A stretch of DNA of 64,000 bases from positions 930,001-994,000 of the forward strand of contig JAQFVV010000011.1 of the NCBI GenBank assembly GCA_028023455.1. Direction: 5' to 3'. The notes under the pieces are model-generated. The model was not told the origin of the DNA, made no database searches, and was given only the letters and a program-made list of their open reading frames with translations. Shown in pieces: positions 26,826-41,321 of this stretch (within the stretch, counting starts at the first letter, position 1; each line of letters starts with the position of its first letter). The stretch comes from Epiperipatus broadwayi. Taxonomy: Eukaryota > Animalia > Onychophora. Made by a program: the position numbers and the translations under genes.

Positions 26826-28377
26826 AAATGTACTACATATAGACTGTTATCATGATGCTAAACTGAACAGCCTAATACTATTTTGTCATAACAATTAATA
26901 AAACTTAAATATAAATATTTAGATTTCCAAATCATTTTATTCTTAGAAACACATTCTGACTGTAAATATTTATTAATTAAACGTAAGAGGAATACTTTTT
27001 TACTTAAACTTATTGTGGCAGTTGCTTTACTTTCCAAATATATTTAATAAATATGTAAATAAGAATGTTTAGATTTCCCAATTATTTTTATTTAAAAATA
27101 AATCTTATTCTAAAAATATTGCTTCATAATTATAGTAATTCTGCATATGATATAATTATTTTTATCAGTAATGTTTTACAAGTTGTAAATGTATTGTTCA
27201 TTTGGAAGTACTGGTAGAGAGCATGCATCTGAAATGTTATGTCTGGGTTCGATACTGTATTGTGATAACATTTTGAAGTGTTATCTTTTTCTTTTCTGTT
27301 ATTATTATCCTGTATTATTTTTTTACACGTTTTACTAAATACTTTTTCCTATTTTTAATAACAATATTATCTAACAAGTAAAAGCTAATACTGCATTAAA
27401 AAAAAGAAAATTCTTAATGGCTTCTAAAAAATTTACTGAATAAACAATCTATATATGAAAATTTAAAATTATTCCCTTAAGTAAATCCTGGGTAAATCTT
27501 TAATTGTCAAACTGTATAATAAATGATAATATATATAATAGGACTAATTATTAATAGGCATTAAAAAAATTAAATACTGTAACAAAGTAATGTATTTTAT
27601 TATTGAACAAAAACAAATGAGGTTATTTTTTTTTTAAAAAAAGGATTAAACTTTATTGGTACAAAATGTTTTACAAGGTAAGCATTGATTTACATAGTAT
27701 AATATGGAGATCTAAGATAATACACTATTTTTTGTCCATAGCATTTCCAAAAATAGATCAACTTGTGACAACTCAGAGCATTAGTCCATGAAATGATTAA
27801 TTATTAAAAGAAAACCTAGGTTACAATTAGGAATTATTTGTAAAGTCTAGAGTTCAAATATGAATAGATTTTTAGGAGTATAATATTGAAAAATCCAATT
27901 TGCAGCAGATAAGTTGAGGAATAGGAAAACACTTGAGATAATATAAAATACTGGTTAAGTCAATTTACTGTTCTGTTCTCCAGAATGGCCTCAAAATCCC
28001 CAGAAGAGAGCAATTCAGTATACTTTGGAAGACTTATGGAGAACTAGGAAAAAAACTAAGCTTTGAAATGTCTCTGCTGAAAACCATTCTAATCTATCGT
28101 GAAGAGCAACATGAACAGCAAAGGGTTAACCTTATCAATAATCACATTGGAAATAATAATGAATAAGGCGAATCACTTGGAATTAAAACCATTAGGCTAA
28201 GTGTGGCTATTTTTGTTTAAAAAAACATAAACAAGTTATTTGTGAGAGGTTAGATTTTTAAAACATGCAATTTTATCAACTTATTGCTAACGGAATTAAT
28301 TAAAAATAATTTTTTAAAAAGATAATGCTCACATTTCATTAACACAGCATTATTGTAATATCTATACAACTTAACTT

Positions 28378-28479
28378 TTTTTTTCTCATGTGTCATAGCA
28401 TCGGCCGGGAAGCAAACCTGCTAACCCAGGACAACTGCTTGTAAGGCAGCTGCTGACCTCTCGACCATCAGCGCTTGAC
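28378..28479 (-). mobile_element. tRNA-Gly-derived short SINE, copy 3
   Basis: GTCAAGCGCTGATGGTCGAGAGG...CCCGGCCGATGCTATGACACATG + A tail; exact 15-bp TSD TATACAACTTAACTT at 28363-28377 and 28480-28494. Confidence 0.85.
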
Positions 28480-29594
28480 TATACAACTTAACTTGTAGCT
28501 AGTCTATTGGGAAAGTGCCTATAAAATCATTTATATTAGTGGAAGAATCCAATTGTTTGACTTATTCCCCTTATTATAATTTATCATTAAATAAAAGAAA
28601 TTTCAAGGCATGGTATAATGGCTTCTAAAAATTGACTGAATAAACAAAGTGTGAAAATTTCTTCACTTAAGTAAATGTAAAATAAATCCTTAAAATCCCC
28701 AGATACCTGACTATATCATGTGACTAAATTTTTAAATTGAAATAAAAGCATTCAAAAAATTTATTCTATTACTGAGATTATGAATGACATAAAGTAAAAA
28801 CAAGATGGCACTGTTGATCTAATTAAAACTGATTTCTATTTACCACATTGTGGTCACCAAAGTCAAGAGAGTTAATATATAAATAAACGGTACATAATTA
28901 TAATTTTTTAATATTCTATTATGTCTTTGATTGACCAAAATTATATAGAATTCATTGTTTTAATTAATTAATTTTATTTCATGGGATGGGTTTTTTTCCA
29001 CATGATAAAAACCTTTAGATATATAAAAGATAAATAATTTTACTTACAAATATAGATGTATAAAAACTGCACAAATTAGTACTTCTAATATGTAAATAAT
29101 TGCTTATTTATTATAAATATGATTTTGTGCAATTTTATTGAATCAATATTTGAAAAAACAAAATAGAATACATATAATGCAAAAAAAACACACAAATATT
29201 TTCCTTTCTTTTATGTTCTATTGTGAATCCATTAATAATATCGTCCTAATTTTTTTTTTTTTTTTTGCGTATTCTGATTCAATACCTAAAAATGATAAAG
29301 AAGAACTGATTTCATATTAATGCGGTAAACAACATACTTGAAAAATCTCCATTACCCCTAATTATTTTGTATATGATATTCACTGTAGGACTTACAAATT
29401 AAAGAAGCAAAAAAATGAAATGTTATTTCATTTAGCATGTGATAAAATGTTTTTGTAAAAGACATAGACCAAGCAAGTCTGGGACCTTGATAAATGCGAG
29501 GTGTGTGCTATCTCAAGGCCAGTTCTGCTCATGAGACTAAGAGCACCAAAATTTATCTTGCACAAAGACTCCTCACAGCCACACATTGTGCTTG

Positions 29595-29730
29595 CATACA
29601 GTAGTGCTACCTAATGCAAGCCCTAGTAAACAATGGAAGCAAGAAGGTTTGTGCACAAAATCCCTATCTAGTGCCTATTCACCCATTTATTATTATGGCT
29701 TGTACTGCATGGCACTACTGTATGGGGAGA
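29595..29730. mobile_element. Family A internally deleted copy (HHR region lost)
   Basis: CATACAGTAGTGCTAC...GTGCACAAAATCCCTATCTAGTGCCTA and right end GGCACTACTGTATGG match the family A arms. Confidence 0.65.
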
Positions 29731-30222
29731 AGTAAACGGAACATTGGGTGTGAGTTAATTTATGATAATAGTAAGAAAAGTAGCTTATTGTTTAAGGCTC
29801 GAGCGGGATCTTTAGCAACAAGAGAATATACATGTAAATGGAAAAATATGGATGATTTAGTTTGCAAATTGTGTAAGGAAGATATAGAAAATATTAGGCA
29901 TCTGTTGATTGAATGTAATGCTTGAAAGCAGAAAGGATACACATAAAGAAGTTATGGGAGAATAAATATGAACAAAGTGATTATGCAGAAAGTGGGTTAT
30001 TTGTTTTTATGCTGGGTTTGGGAAAAGATGAAGGGGATTTAGATATAAAGGCCATAGAGTTGACACAGATTGTGTTGTGGAAATGGGATGGAGAAGATTA
30101 TGGGAAAGTTTAGGGTGGGGAATGGAAAGGGAAGGTAAAGTGGCTTAAAGGTTTCTTTGGGCATAGTTGCTGAAAGATTCCTGATCCCGTTTAAGGAGAA
30201 GTCACAGTACATCACATCACAT
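29731..30222 (+). mobile_element. 3' fragment of a non-RTE LINE (ORF2 C-terminal zinc knuckle plus tail)
   Basis: LLFKARAGSL...CKLCKEDIENIRHLLIEC (C-x2-C-x8-H-x4-C); short (CACAT)n tail at 30210-30222. Confidence 0.7.
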
Positions 30223-31225
30223 TACTGCTTTAACTTATTTAAGCATAGGAAGTGGTTTAATACACACAATAGATGATATATTTCAATGCCAGTGTATAAA
30301 ATAAAGTGCCAGTTCTTGTACAAAATCAAAAAGAAATAAGACAGCAATTAGTAATAGTCAATAGTCATAAAAAGAAGCATTTTATGAAAATATAAACAAA
30401 CACGGTCAGTAGTGATAAAAAAACTCTGTATAATGCTGCTCTACAAATTTCAGAGATTTAATGTTTGCACTATGTATATATTGTTTTTCACACTGAACAC
30501 ACACACAAAAGAATCATTATATTTCATATTCCATTTGTTATGAAGCAATTATCAAAAAAAAAAAAAAAATTAAAAGCCATGTAATCTAAAATTGTAAAAA
30601 AAAAAATTATGAAAATCCACTAAACAACTTTCCGTGTTTAAAGATTGTAATTTTTTTTTCAATAAAAGAGATTCGTGTTTATAATATCTAAAATTAAAAA
30701 TGAACTATTTACTAGGTAACTAATAATTATTTTGAGAATTTTACTTAATAATCAAAATATATACCTAGTGAATTAAAATTTAGCAGCATACTTATGAGTT
30801 AATAATAATAATTTATTATGAACTGCAAAAAAAAAAAAATGTTTGTAATTTTACAAAAACCATGTTAAATTACAAAATTGTGCAAAGAAATACCCAAATA
30901 TAAATGCAATACCATTAATATAGTATTTTTGTTTCCCTAGTCTTTTCAGATAAGACAACATATAGTAATAACACAACAATATACCTCAATTTCTCATTGC
31001 AAGCTTTTCTTATTTTTACAAAATGCATACATTATTAGAAACATAAATATATTATTAGAAACAAATATTATATGCCATTACTGCATTTTTTATAACTATC
31101 AAAAAAAAAAAAAATTTTACTACAGCCCCCCCCCCCCCTCTTTTATTAAATATAAATTACTGATAAGCTAAAATTAATAACTGAGGTGAAACTATAAGTT
31201 TATTATTAGTAAGCTTCTATTTTAT

Positions 31226-31270
31226 GGACTTAGCGCTTTCGGAGCCCTTACAGCTCCATAATCATAGTCC
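31226..31270 (-). ncRNA. Minimal type I hammerhead motif, A3-U8 variant, all stems intact
   Basis: GGACT-ATGATTA-T-GGAGC-TGTAAGG-GCTCC-GAAA-GCGC-TA-AGTCC; 5-bp stem I, 5-bp stem II, palindromic stem III loop. Confidence 0.75.
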
Positions 31271-31458
31271 TTTTTACATGCTGTTGATTCTATGCAAATA
31301 CAATATTAAATAATAATAACTATTAATTTTAATACATTTATGCTATATTCTGAATATATCAGAATAGCATTTTTATAATAAAAGATTAATACAAATTGAT
31401 TTTTTTCCTTCTTTCAATTATTTATTATAAAATATGTAGAAATTTATTTAGCAATTTC

Positions 31459-31605
31459 TAAGTATAGGGGATTTGAACTCAGATTTTCAAGCACCCTTCA
31501 ACTATCCACACTATAACGTGTGTGTGGTCATGTGTATCAGTTGTATGAGATAGTGTGGATAGTTGAAGGATGCTTGAAAATCTGAGTTCAAATCCCCTAT
31601 ACTTA
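31459..31605. mobile_element. Family B foldback element, best-preserved copy (147 bp)
   Basis: ~55-bp near-perfect arms TAAGTATAGGGGATTTGAACTCAGATTTTCAAGCA.CCTTCAACTATCCACACTAT and its reverse complement. Confidence 0.85.
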
Positions 31606-33339
31606 CAATTAAGCTCCCAGGTTTGGGAAGAGTGCCTGGTTTTCAAATATTTAGCAATTTTTACTATTTTATTTGCTTTTTTTAATTTGGGGGGGGGGGG
31701 GGGGAATTTTTATTTTTTTTATGTGAGAAAATAATAAAAAAAGAAGAGGAAAAATAAAAAGAAAAAAAAAGAAGAACAACCCCAATATAAGAAGAATAAC
31801 ATAAAAATGTATAATTATCAATTTATTTATTATTATACAATTATTATATATTTTTTATAAAATGTGTGTGTGTAATATTAGGTAAATTGAACTCATCTTA
31901 AAAAAAAATATAAGTAAAAAATTAACCCCCCCCCCCCCCCCCCATATTATTAAAACAGTTTATTAAATGTGTTGTGAAATAATTAAATATATTATTATTT
32001 ATATATAAGATCACCGCAAAGTTGTGGATAAGTTTGAGATTGTAAATCAAAATGTAGCTAAAGTAGGTAGAATAATTGAGAAATTTCAAAGGGTCCTCTC
32101 ATATTTTGTACTGGTTGAAAAATTACTGAACACATGTACATCTAATAAAAACAGTCCAGAAATTTGAATAAATTAACTAATTCAGTTAATCTAGATTATC
32201 CAAATTAAATTTATGAGATAATTGAAATTTTCTTCTGCTGTACATACATATTTATTCAACACAAATTACATTCTCCAAACTCTAGTGTAGTTAATTATTT
32301 AAAAGCCAAAAGTAAAAGGCAGGCATAACATTCACTTATGTTTCAAAGCCTATTTGTACTATTATTTATATTTCATTTTACAGATGGCACTTGGCTAGAT
32401 TTTTATTAACTTTGCTATTTATAATACATATATATGAATTCACAATATATACTGTAACGGAATAAGTATATGCCATTAGATTTCTTTCAAATAAAAGTGG
32501 AAAAAATATATAATCACCCTCAAGTAGAAATATATATTCTATCTATTAACGAATTCCTAAATAAAATGAATATAACTTTATTTATTTTCTTAATCGACAG
32601 TTATTCACGATCCACATAAGGGGCCAGATACATTATTTAGTTGATTTTAATTACTCGATCACCTTACATCATGTCAAACGATTTAATCTAACCCACCCAC
32701 TACCAAAACTCCCACATGACAATAATTTTCATTTAATATTGTTCTACACTCCTCCCGAAAAACATTGCCTAATGAAAAATCACATTTTTTAATACTCACT
32801 ACCATAAATTATTTATTTTCATGACCTATATTTCTTACCCCCAACACAACTACAATTCATCCCCCCGATTTATCTATATAATATAATTATTTGACTTTTT
32901 TATTATTCTAGACCCCCCCTCTTAAATCTATCTTAACTAATTAAATAAAAACATCGTGATTACACGATGTTGACATAATTAATAATAAATAAATTAAATG
33001 AAATTAAATTTAACTAAATATACTTCAAAGATAACATTAAAGAAAAAAAAATTGAGGGGAAAAGAGAAACGAGATTAGATATTGACAAATTTATTAAATA
33101 GAAAAGAAACATATTAATTGATTTATACACCACATACAACCACAGAGAACAAATTAGCAAACATAAGGGAATAACAAATTTTGATAAAAAATACTTTCCT
33201 GGCTAAGTTCAAGTTTTTCTGTAACAAAGAAAACTCAGATGAGGAAATTTTAAATTTGTTGCAAATTATTGTTAATTAGAGCCTAGGTTTCTAAATGGTG
33301 AGTGACAATAAAACATATTCGGATTTGCTGGTTCAACAA

Positions 33340-34610
33340 ATGATTGGGGAGTTTGGTTGGACTTCTATATGGGCCCTTCCGTTCTCCGGGTGGGGCGAGG
33401 GTTTCCGGCTGGTATATTCGCACTTCAACGGAAAACCTCGAACTAGTTAAAAACTAGGAAAAAGACAGGGACGAACGGAAAAACAACCAGAAGTACAACG
33501 AGAACGACGAACGAAGGTTTGTATTTATAAGGGTTGGTCCACTTGGGACCAACACCCCCGGCCGCCGGGGGTGGGTTGCGCCCCTTTGGCAAGGCAATTT
33601 TTTGGCACTTTTGAACCCCAACCAACCCCCGGGGGGGTTTACCGAACCAGCTTTTAATTTGGTCGGCTTTACTTCCCAAACTTTCCAGTTTATTCTGTAA
33701 AACTTTTCTAAAAAAACTTTAAATCCCTGGGTTTTGATTGACATTATATTTTACTATTTGGGCTATTAATTTTTTATTTGGGGGCTATTTTGTTTATTTT
33801 TTATTATCAAGCTAACTTAATTGCGTTTACCGCGTATTTATCAAGGTTTTCAAAGTATTTAGAGGAAAAAACTAACCGTCAAAAAACGGGTTTGGTGGGG
33901 GGGTATCTGGCGACTGCTCCGTTCGGGCGAATATAAAAGAGAAATTAATAATTTTACTTAAATTGATATATATATATATAATGCACAGATGGCAAACTAA
34001 CTATATAATTCTTTAAAGTTTAAAATCTAAAAACATCATTGTTTTAATATAAAAGAATTTTTTTTTAAAATGTTGTTAATTGGTTATTTTTAATCTTAGA
34101 ATGGAAATGATTTTCTATATTGACGTAATAGCAAACAGGCCCTTGGGCAAAAAGTCAGATAAGAGATAAATTAAAAAAATAGTAGTGATAAAATTTTCAG
34201 TTCCTGCTGTAAAGAAAACTGACCAATAATGATGGAAATAATTGCACGATCCACAGAGAAAAGTCAAGCCAGGTAAGATTGATCCTGGAATTTGCTGACA
34301 AGAATTCACAAAAATGTAAAAAGAAAACTTTGAAGTTGAGATGCAGATTTGGATTGCTCTTGCTGATTGTGTGTTATTAAATATATTTAGAAGTGTATTG
34401 CGGATCTCCAAAATGTAGGGATCACTCAATAAATTGTTTCCTGCATTTGCTTCAACTGAGGCGTCCTCCAGAGTACAATGGTTCCCGGAAAACTGGCCAG
34501 CAACGGACTTGTCTCCACCTAGAACAATATGAAATGGAAAGAACTTTGAATTGCATGATGTATCAAGGATCACCAAGACAGATTTCAATAAACCTACGGC
34601 ATTGGAAAGT
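33340..34610 (+). mobile_element. Decayed Tc1/mariner transposase relic in error-prone sequence
   Basis: Stitched frames resemble Tc1 motifs: KPGKIDP, MQIWIAL (MVWG), GSLN, Q-Q-x-N (QDNA), WPATDLSP-LEQ-YEMERTL (WPxxSPDLxPIExxWxxMER). The 5' part loosely resembles the HTH/GRPR region. Confidence 0.5.
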
Positions 34611-37600
34611 ATAAACTTTTGCTTTAAATGAACTTTATTTATATAATACAAACTTTTTCAAGTAGTAATTTTAAACGTCATTTAATTTTAAAAGAAATTT
34701 TTTATCTGACTAAAAAACTTAAATTATTTATTATATTTTCTTCTAATATGTTTACTAGTATTATCATTTCCATTCTTGTAATTTCTTTTAAATTAATAAT
34801 TTAAAATGGGCATAAATAGCTGCATAGATTCGTAAGATGTTAGTTTAAGGTGTGTTAATTTTGGGCTAATTGTTTCGTAGTTAAATTGGTACTGGTGGAT
34901 AGATGTATGAATGTTTTATGTCAATGTAATTTGAGTAAGTGTATTGGATACTCGTTCCCTTGTACCGCGTTAGCATACAGGGCATCATATCCACCTAAAC
35001 GTATGGCCAAAAGTGTAGCCATCACGTTTGTCAATGTCGTAGAGTATATTTCCTATGCTATTGATTTTCTTACTCTCTGATTGGGACTGTAAGCCAGCAA
35101 AGACTTCTATCCCCATTTACAGAGATTCTCGTATATATATTTCAAGTAATTTCGTTCTTGCATCACCAATTGAGCAATGGATCGTTCCTGTCTGTTGGTG
35201 AGGTTTAATAATGATGGGGAAGATGCTCATTCCTTCCCACCATGTTTCATTATTTCTGATATCATGCTACAGACATAAATCCTTGTTAGCATGGTTATGT
35301 TATGCTAATAATCTCATTTTGCATTAGTCACATCGTGGTTTGAATGCAAGATTTTAGCCTAGGGTTAAAAGGGAGTGGGTTGGTTATATGGGTAATCTAT
35401 GTAGCATATTCACACTTATTAAAATATTAAAATTGTATTAAATCAATTAAATGCTTCCATCTGTGCATATAATTCAAATCAAATATATTAACTAGTTAAT
35501 TTAATTTTCAGAATTTTCTTTTTAATGCATGTGTCCGTAATAATAAAATGTTTTGCTTAATTAAATTTTGGCAGTAACTCATTTTATATATTTGATTAAT
35601 ATTTAAATTAAGAATTAGAAATTTTAACATTTAGAGTATTATTTTAAGCTCAGCTTCTCCCTGAGCTAGTGACTGGGTTTTTTGATTTGATAAAAGAGTA
35701 ACCTCTCCCATGTGTATCTGCCTACTATATAAATTTTCTAGGTTCCAATAGCCTAATGGTGCCCTGGTATGGCAGATTAGGTTAGGAAGGTTCTGTCAAC
35801 CGTTATAATACACACTATATTTTTACTATTATTTTAAGAAATAAATAGTAACTTTAATTTATGAATTGTTTTCCACATCTGTTAACAATTATCACCTTTT
35901 TTACTTTTATACTTACAATTAATTTTGAAAAACATTGTATTTCATTAGTTACAAATTAATAAAGTATTTGCTAAATGACAATCAATTTTGGTTAATTATT
36001 TTATGATTTGGAAATTTATCCATAAAAAAATTTATGTACTCAAAATTCTTTAATTCATCATGTCTCTAATCAAGAGTTCCGTATGATTTCCATGCACAGT
36101 ATTGACTAAAAATACACATATCAAAACAAGTATAAGAATAAACATAAAATATATACCAATATTTAATGATTTTATTTGATGTTTTCATTTATGATTCATT
36201 ATTTTAATATTTTTGTTATCTTATTCTAATTAGCATTAAATCAAAATTTAGATTTCCTGAGTAAGTACACAGAGATATGAAACTTATTTTTTCTCTTTAC
36301 TTTGATCAATTTCCTCTTATAAAACATTCACCTAAAATAATATTGCTTTTAAATACGTTTCATTAAAAGCAATAAAATACAAAGAAATACTAGAGAAAAT
36401 TTATTTATATGACATTATAACAAATAAAATTGCAAATTGTCAAAAATGATTTATAATGAAATTCCCGCTATGGCATTTTCAATAATCTGCATTTGCTAAT
36501 ATCAAGTAGAAATATTCATATTATCAAATAAGGATATCAATTAATAAAATGTAGTTATAGCATCTGGAGTCATCTTTTATTTTATAGTTCTGTTTTTTTT
36601 TTTTTCAAACTATCATTATTTTAAATTACAAATAGAAACCATACTAAAAAAAATTTATAAAATAGTTTATTACAATATACTATACTTCCTCTTTACAATT
36701 TAGATTAATGTGAAAGTAATTCTTGTTAAATCAAAGAACAAGTAACGTCCTCATATAAATATTTTTGTACAGGAAAGGAAACACATTTGAGGGAAAAAAC
36801 CCTTGTAGATAATAAATACTTAATCCATCAGAAAAATTTATGATAATAATTTATCAACATAAAATTGATTTAAAGTAAAACAATATTTGCAGAAATCTCC
36901 TTAAATGAAATTATGATTAAAATCCAAATTGTGATTTGTGTGTGAACACATTTCATTTTAGATAATTTAAGTCTTTTTATTATCCACAAGTAATTTATGT
37001 CATTACTTTAGTTTTTAGAATTTTATTTTTTGCTTTCCATAAGTAAATTATTAAAAAAAAAAAAAAAGAAACCAGAATGGTTAGTTGCTCAGAGGATTGC
37101 GAAAACAAAGAGTGATGGATAAGGTTCAATCCAAAAGCCTTTAGTTCTCAAACCCATCAGTTTCCTATTACACTAAACAATACAAGATGTTATAATAAAT
37201 TATAATTGCTATACAATAGTCATATCTTTCTGAAATTAGTACAGACGAAAAATATAATATCAAAACATTCTTTTGAAGATAAATTAAAGATAATACTCAA
37301 ACATATATATAAAGTCATTTATGTCAAAGACACACATAAATCTTCAACCAGCAGTAAATATTTTTAAATAAATGTCAAATTCAAAATATCAGATATTAGA
37401 TTCACCAACCAAATTTTTTTTTTCATTTACTTAACAGTAAAACAAAAAATAAATTTTAAGCAATACATGTGTATATATATATATGTCCTGTTAACAATGA
37501 AATCAAAATATAGTGGAAAATGGATGTCCGATATAGAAAAAAATATTTTTATAAATTCAACAAAGTCAATCTATTATTGTGAATTAATTCCTGTCATAAG

Positions 37601-38610
37601 TGAAGAGATAGTTGGCTGAAATAAATGCACCTGTAAGATCCTATCACAGTAGAACAAGAAACTGGAGAGATTGCATTACCAGAAGTATGCATTAACTCAA
37701 TTAAAATATAACAATAATTGAAATATATTTGCATTAGTAACTCTCAGAACATTTTGTGTTGTGTGTGTGTGTACATATAGAAGATTATTGGAACATTATC
37801 TAAGTAAAAGCTATCTAATAAAAATAAATATTTTTTTACTTATGACTTTAATATGTCAAACTTCCATTTATGGTAAAAACTAACTAGGAAATATATGCTT
37901 CAATTTTTTCTGACCTAATCAAAGACATTTCCTAATTTGAGTATTCCAAATTGTAATCCATCTCAGACAATTATGTGGCATTGTAAATCAACTTGAATGA
38001 ATTAGCAAAAATTTCTTGTCCATTTGATCTTGATTTAAAACTGAAATTGTTTGCACTTTTTTTTTGCTTGTAATTTCGAAATAATTAAATATTATGAAAA
38101 AAAAACAAATGCATAATGAGTTGAATCCATAACTTTCGTTGTTGCGTGTATTCAGTAGCAATAATTATAATATATAGTTCTTTTCATTAAAGTAAATAGA
38201 ATTATATCATTTAGGATAAAGCACAACCAACATTGTGAAATACCACATGAAACATCCAATATAGAGCACAATGAAAATAAGATCCTAGATGTAACTATGG
38301 AAATTAAGAAACAATAATGTAGTGTTGGTATAACCTCTTTGTCAGCTGCAATATTTTCAATATCAATCACAAATCAAATACAAGCGAATGACTCATATGT
38401 TAAGTTTTGTAGTGATTTATTATAAGTAGCAAAATTAATTTTATACTGTGTACATGTAATTTTATACTGTGTATGGTTATTTATAAAAAACAACAATAAT
38501 AACAACACTAAACAATTGTAATCTAATCTCGCATTTTGCCATAAATATATAATGTATATGTTTTATTTAAGTACAAGTGTACTATACATACTTAAGCTAG
38601 ATATAATTAC

Positions 38611-38770
38611 AGAGCATTTGAACCCAGACTTTCAAGCTTCCTTCAATCATCCACTCCATCTTATATATATATTGAAGATCTTTTTCACATAAATGTGGAC
38701 ATGAGTATCAGTTGTATAAGATGGAGTGGATGACTTAAGGGGGTTTGAGTCTGGGTTCAAATCCCATCTA
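38611..38770. mobile_element. Family B foldback element (diverged)
   Basis: TTTGAACCCAGACT...CATCCACTCCATCTTAT / ATAAGATGGAGTGGATG...AGTCTGGGTTCAAAT. Confidence 0.7.
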
Positions 38771-41226
38771 ATAATGTTTGTATGTATAGAGACTTCCATT
38801 TATTGATGATATTGAAAGCAGAAAAACTGATGCCAAAGTTGGATTGATAACTGCAAAATCTTATATCCTGTTGTACATTTTTTTGATGTAAATGATTCAC
38901 TCAAATGTATAATGCAATTCAAAATTTGAAATGCTAGGATACACTGTTAGAAAATGGCAAATGTTATCATTCTGTCATTGCATAGTAGTTCTAATTAATA
39001 TGTTTTCCCAATAAGTTTTAAATGCGGTATTTTGATGCTCCAAATAGTATAAAAATTCATGTATTTTGTATTAATTTAAAAAATATGAGATTACTTGAAT
39101 CTGAATCCGATTGTTTGACTCATCAAAAAAAACAACACTAATATCTACCATTATTTAAAACCCAGGGAATGAATTAGAAAAATACATAGGAATAGTGATT
39201 ATTACAAATGAGAATAGAGATTTAAACAATATGCAAGAAAGAATCAGAACTGATTTTGCTATAATCTACTATTCCATCTAATTGCTTTTATTTTCTTGTC
39301 CACAATAATCATCTCAATTAACTCTATTTAGTATTCTATGTGGATCAATAGAATAATAGAATATTGGCTCTGGAGATAAAGGTCCATCAATCATGGCTCC
39401 AATTCTGTGCTCAAATTCTTGAGCAATAAACTAATCAATTATTTTTTACTAGTATTTGTTAATTTATTTTTTGAACTACATATGTAAATAACAATCTATA
39501 TGGGAAAGAATATACAAAAATGAAAAATATTTCAGTTTTTACAAACTACAACTTAAAAATTATTATATCACAAGTCTATATTTTAACTATAAATAATTAA
39601 AAGATTAAAATTTTAAGCAATTTTAAAAATGAGGCATCTCAATTTCTATTAATTTTATTAAAATACAGACATAAATAATATATAAAATTCATTATAAAGA
39701 AAATTCATTCAAAATTATTTTATTTTCTATATAATAAACTTATATTTGGTACATAATGTAGATCAATTGTAATACCAAATGTAATAAAAATTTTGTTACA
39801 TGTGTTGCATTGTACAAATTATTTCTATCTTCAGTGAAAATGGAAACTTGTTTTTTTCGATTTGGAACTGCCCTAAAAAAACTGAATATATATATTTTTT
39901 TAAAATTCTACTTTTGAAATTAAAAAACAATCTAGAAAGTGAATATAAAACATGAATTAAAAAAAAAAAAAAAACAATCTGTAAAATACATAATCTGAAA
40001 TATATATAATATCAATCAATGACACATTTTTTTTTTTTTTTGTTTGATAAGAAGAAGAAAAAAATTAATCTGTCAAGTTTACTGTATGGAAGTTAGACAT
40101 GGACTCTATCAGTGCAATATAAAGGCAGTGAGAAAAATTTATTTAAGAATAGTGTATAACATTCTGAAAATATGATGCCGAAATTGAAAGACCAATACAG
40201 TATATTACATTCAGCTTATTGGGTAAGATGATATTGACTACTGCTGTAAATGAATTTTCAATAAATTGTGCTTATGAATTGAATGAACTTTAACAAACTT
40301 CTTAAAACTATATCTTATTGTTAATTTGATTATAATGATTAAATATATTTATTCATAAATTAAGTTATAGTGCTTGAATATATTACCTACATATGCATAT
40401 TCAATTTAATAATAACTAGAATATTTCTTGTCTCAATTAATAACAATGAAATTCACAAAGAAAATAACACCTTCTTTACACAAATGAAACCTCACGAATG
40501 TAACAAAGATATGAAGAACCATATACGGAAGTCTATTTAAAATTGTAGATAAAAATGATATAATGATTATTAACCCAAAATATATGTAAAATCCAATTCA
40601 GATTTTATAATTCATATGCAGTATATATAATTTTAATATCACATTAATGATGTTTATTATAATTTGGGTTAATATTAATTGTAGTGATTAGATTATAGTT
40701 TTTTCAGTATTATTTTATAACAATTTTGTTCATTAAAAATTATCATAATCTTGCTTTTTATTTCAATACTGTTCCTTATAGATGTCAAATGGAGTGACAA
40801 TAATCATCCATTCTCTTTAGTCTCATTAAACAATATATTTTTAATAATAATGATATATATATATATTTAGCTTTTTCATTTGTGTAACTAGCTAGAAAAT
40901 ATAATCAGTAATAAGATGCAGTGAGATTTTTTCATATTATGTTTGTTAAAATGAAAGCTAAGTTTTAATTTGAACACTTATTTTTCATATCAAATATATT
41001 TTTATTTATTTTAATGATATTTTTATTAATAAATGCAAAATATATTCCATTTATATAACTAGTAATGTTCTTTTTTCAAAGATTAAAATGCTTATGGTAA
41101 GGAAGAAAAACATTTTATATAGATGCTAATGGAGGCTCAAACATGGATTTTTTTATTATTTCTCAGTATATTTCTTTATAATTAGTAAGCTTTCGTTATT
41201 TTAATTATTTGCAAAATAATTTTTAA

Positions 41227-41321
41227 ACCACTAAACATCACATGATCACTATATCTTTCTGGCATCCATTGATTACTCTGGTTGACACAGGGTGGCACTA
41301 CTATATAGTTTTGCCTTGTTT
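41227..41321 (+). mobile_element. Family A short copy (leader plus distal arm) with 14-bp TSD
   Basis: Exact TSD AAAATAATTTTTAA at 41213-41226 and 41322-41335; contains TAAACATCACATGATCA and TCTGGCATCCATTGATTACTCTGG. Confidence 0.8.

Noticed and set aside
27380-28690. ~110-bp direct repeats 1.2 kb apart as LTRs
   Set aside because: No TG...CA ends, PBS, PPT or internal coding sequence; more likely dispersed repeat fragments.
34115-34651. 178-aa minus-strand ORF as a gene
   Set aside because: No recognisable domain; the opposite strand carries Tc1 transposase motifs, so this is most likely an antisense shadow.
35675-35710. TTGATAA-A-AGAG-TAAC-CTCT hammerhead half
   Set aside because: No GAAA or stem III follows.
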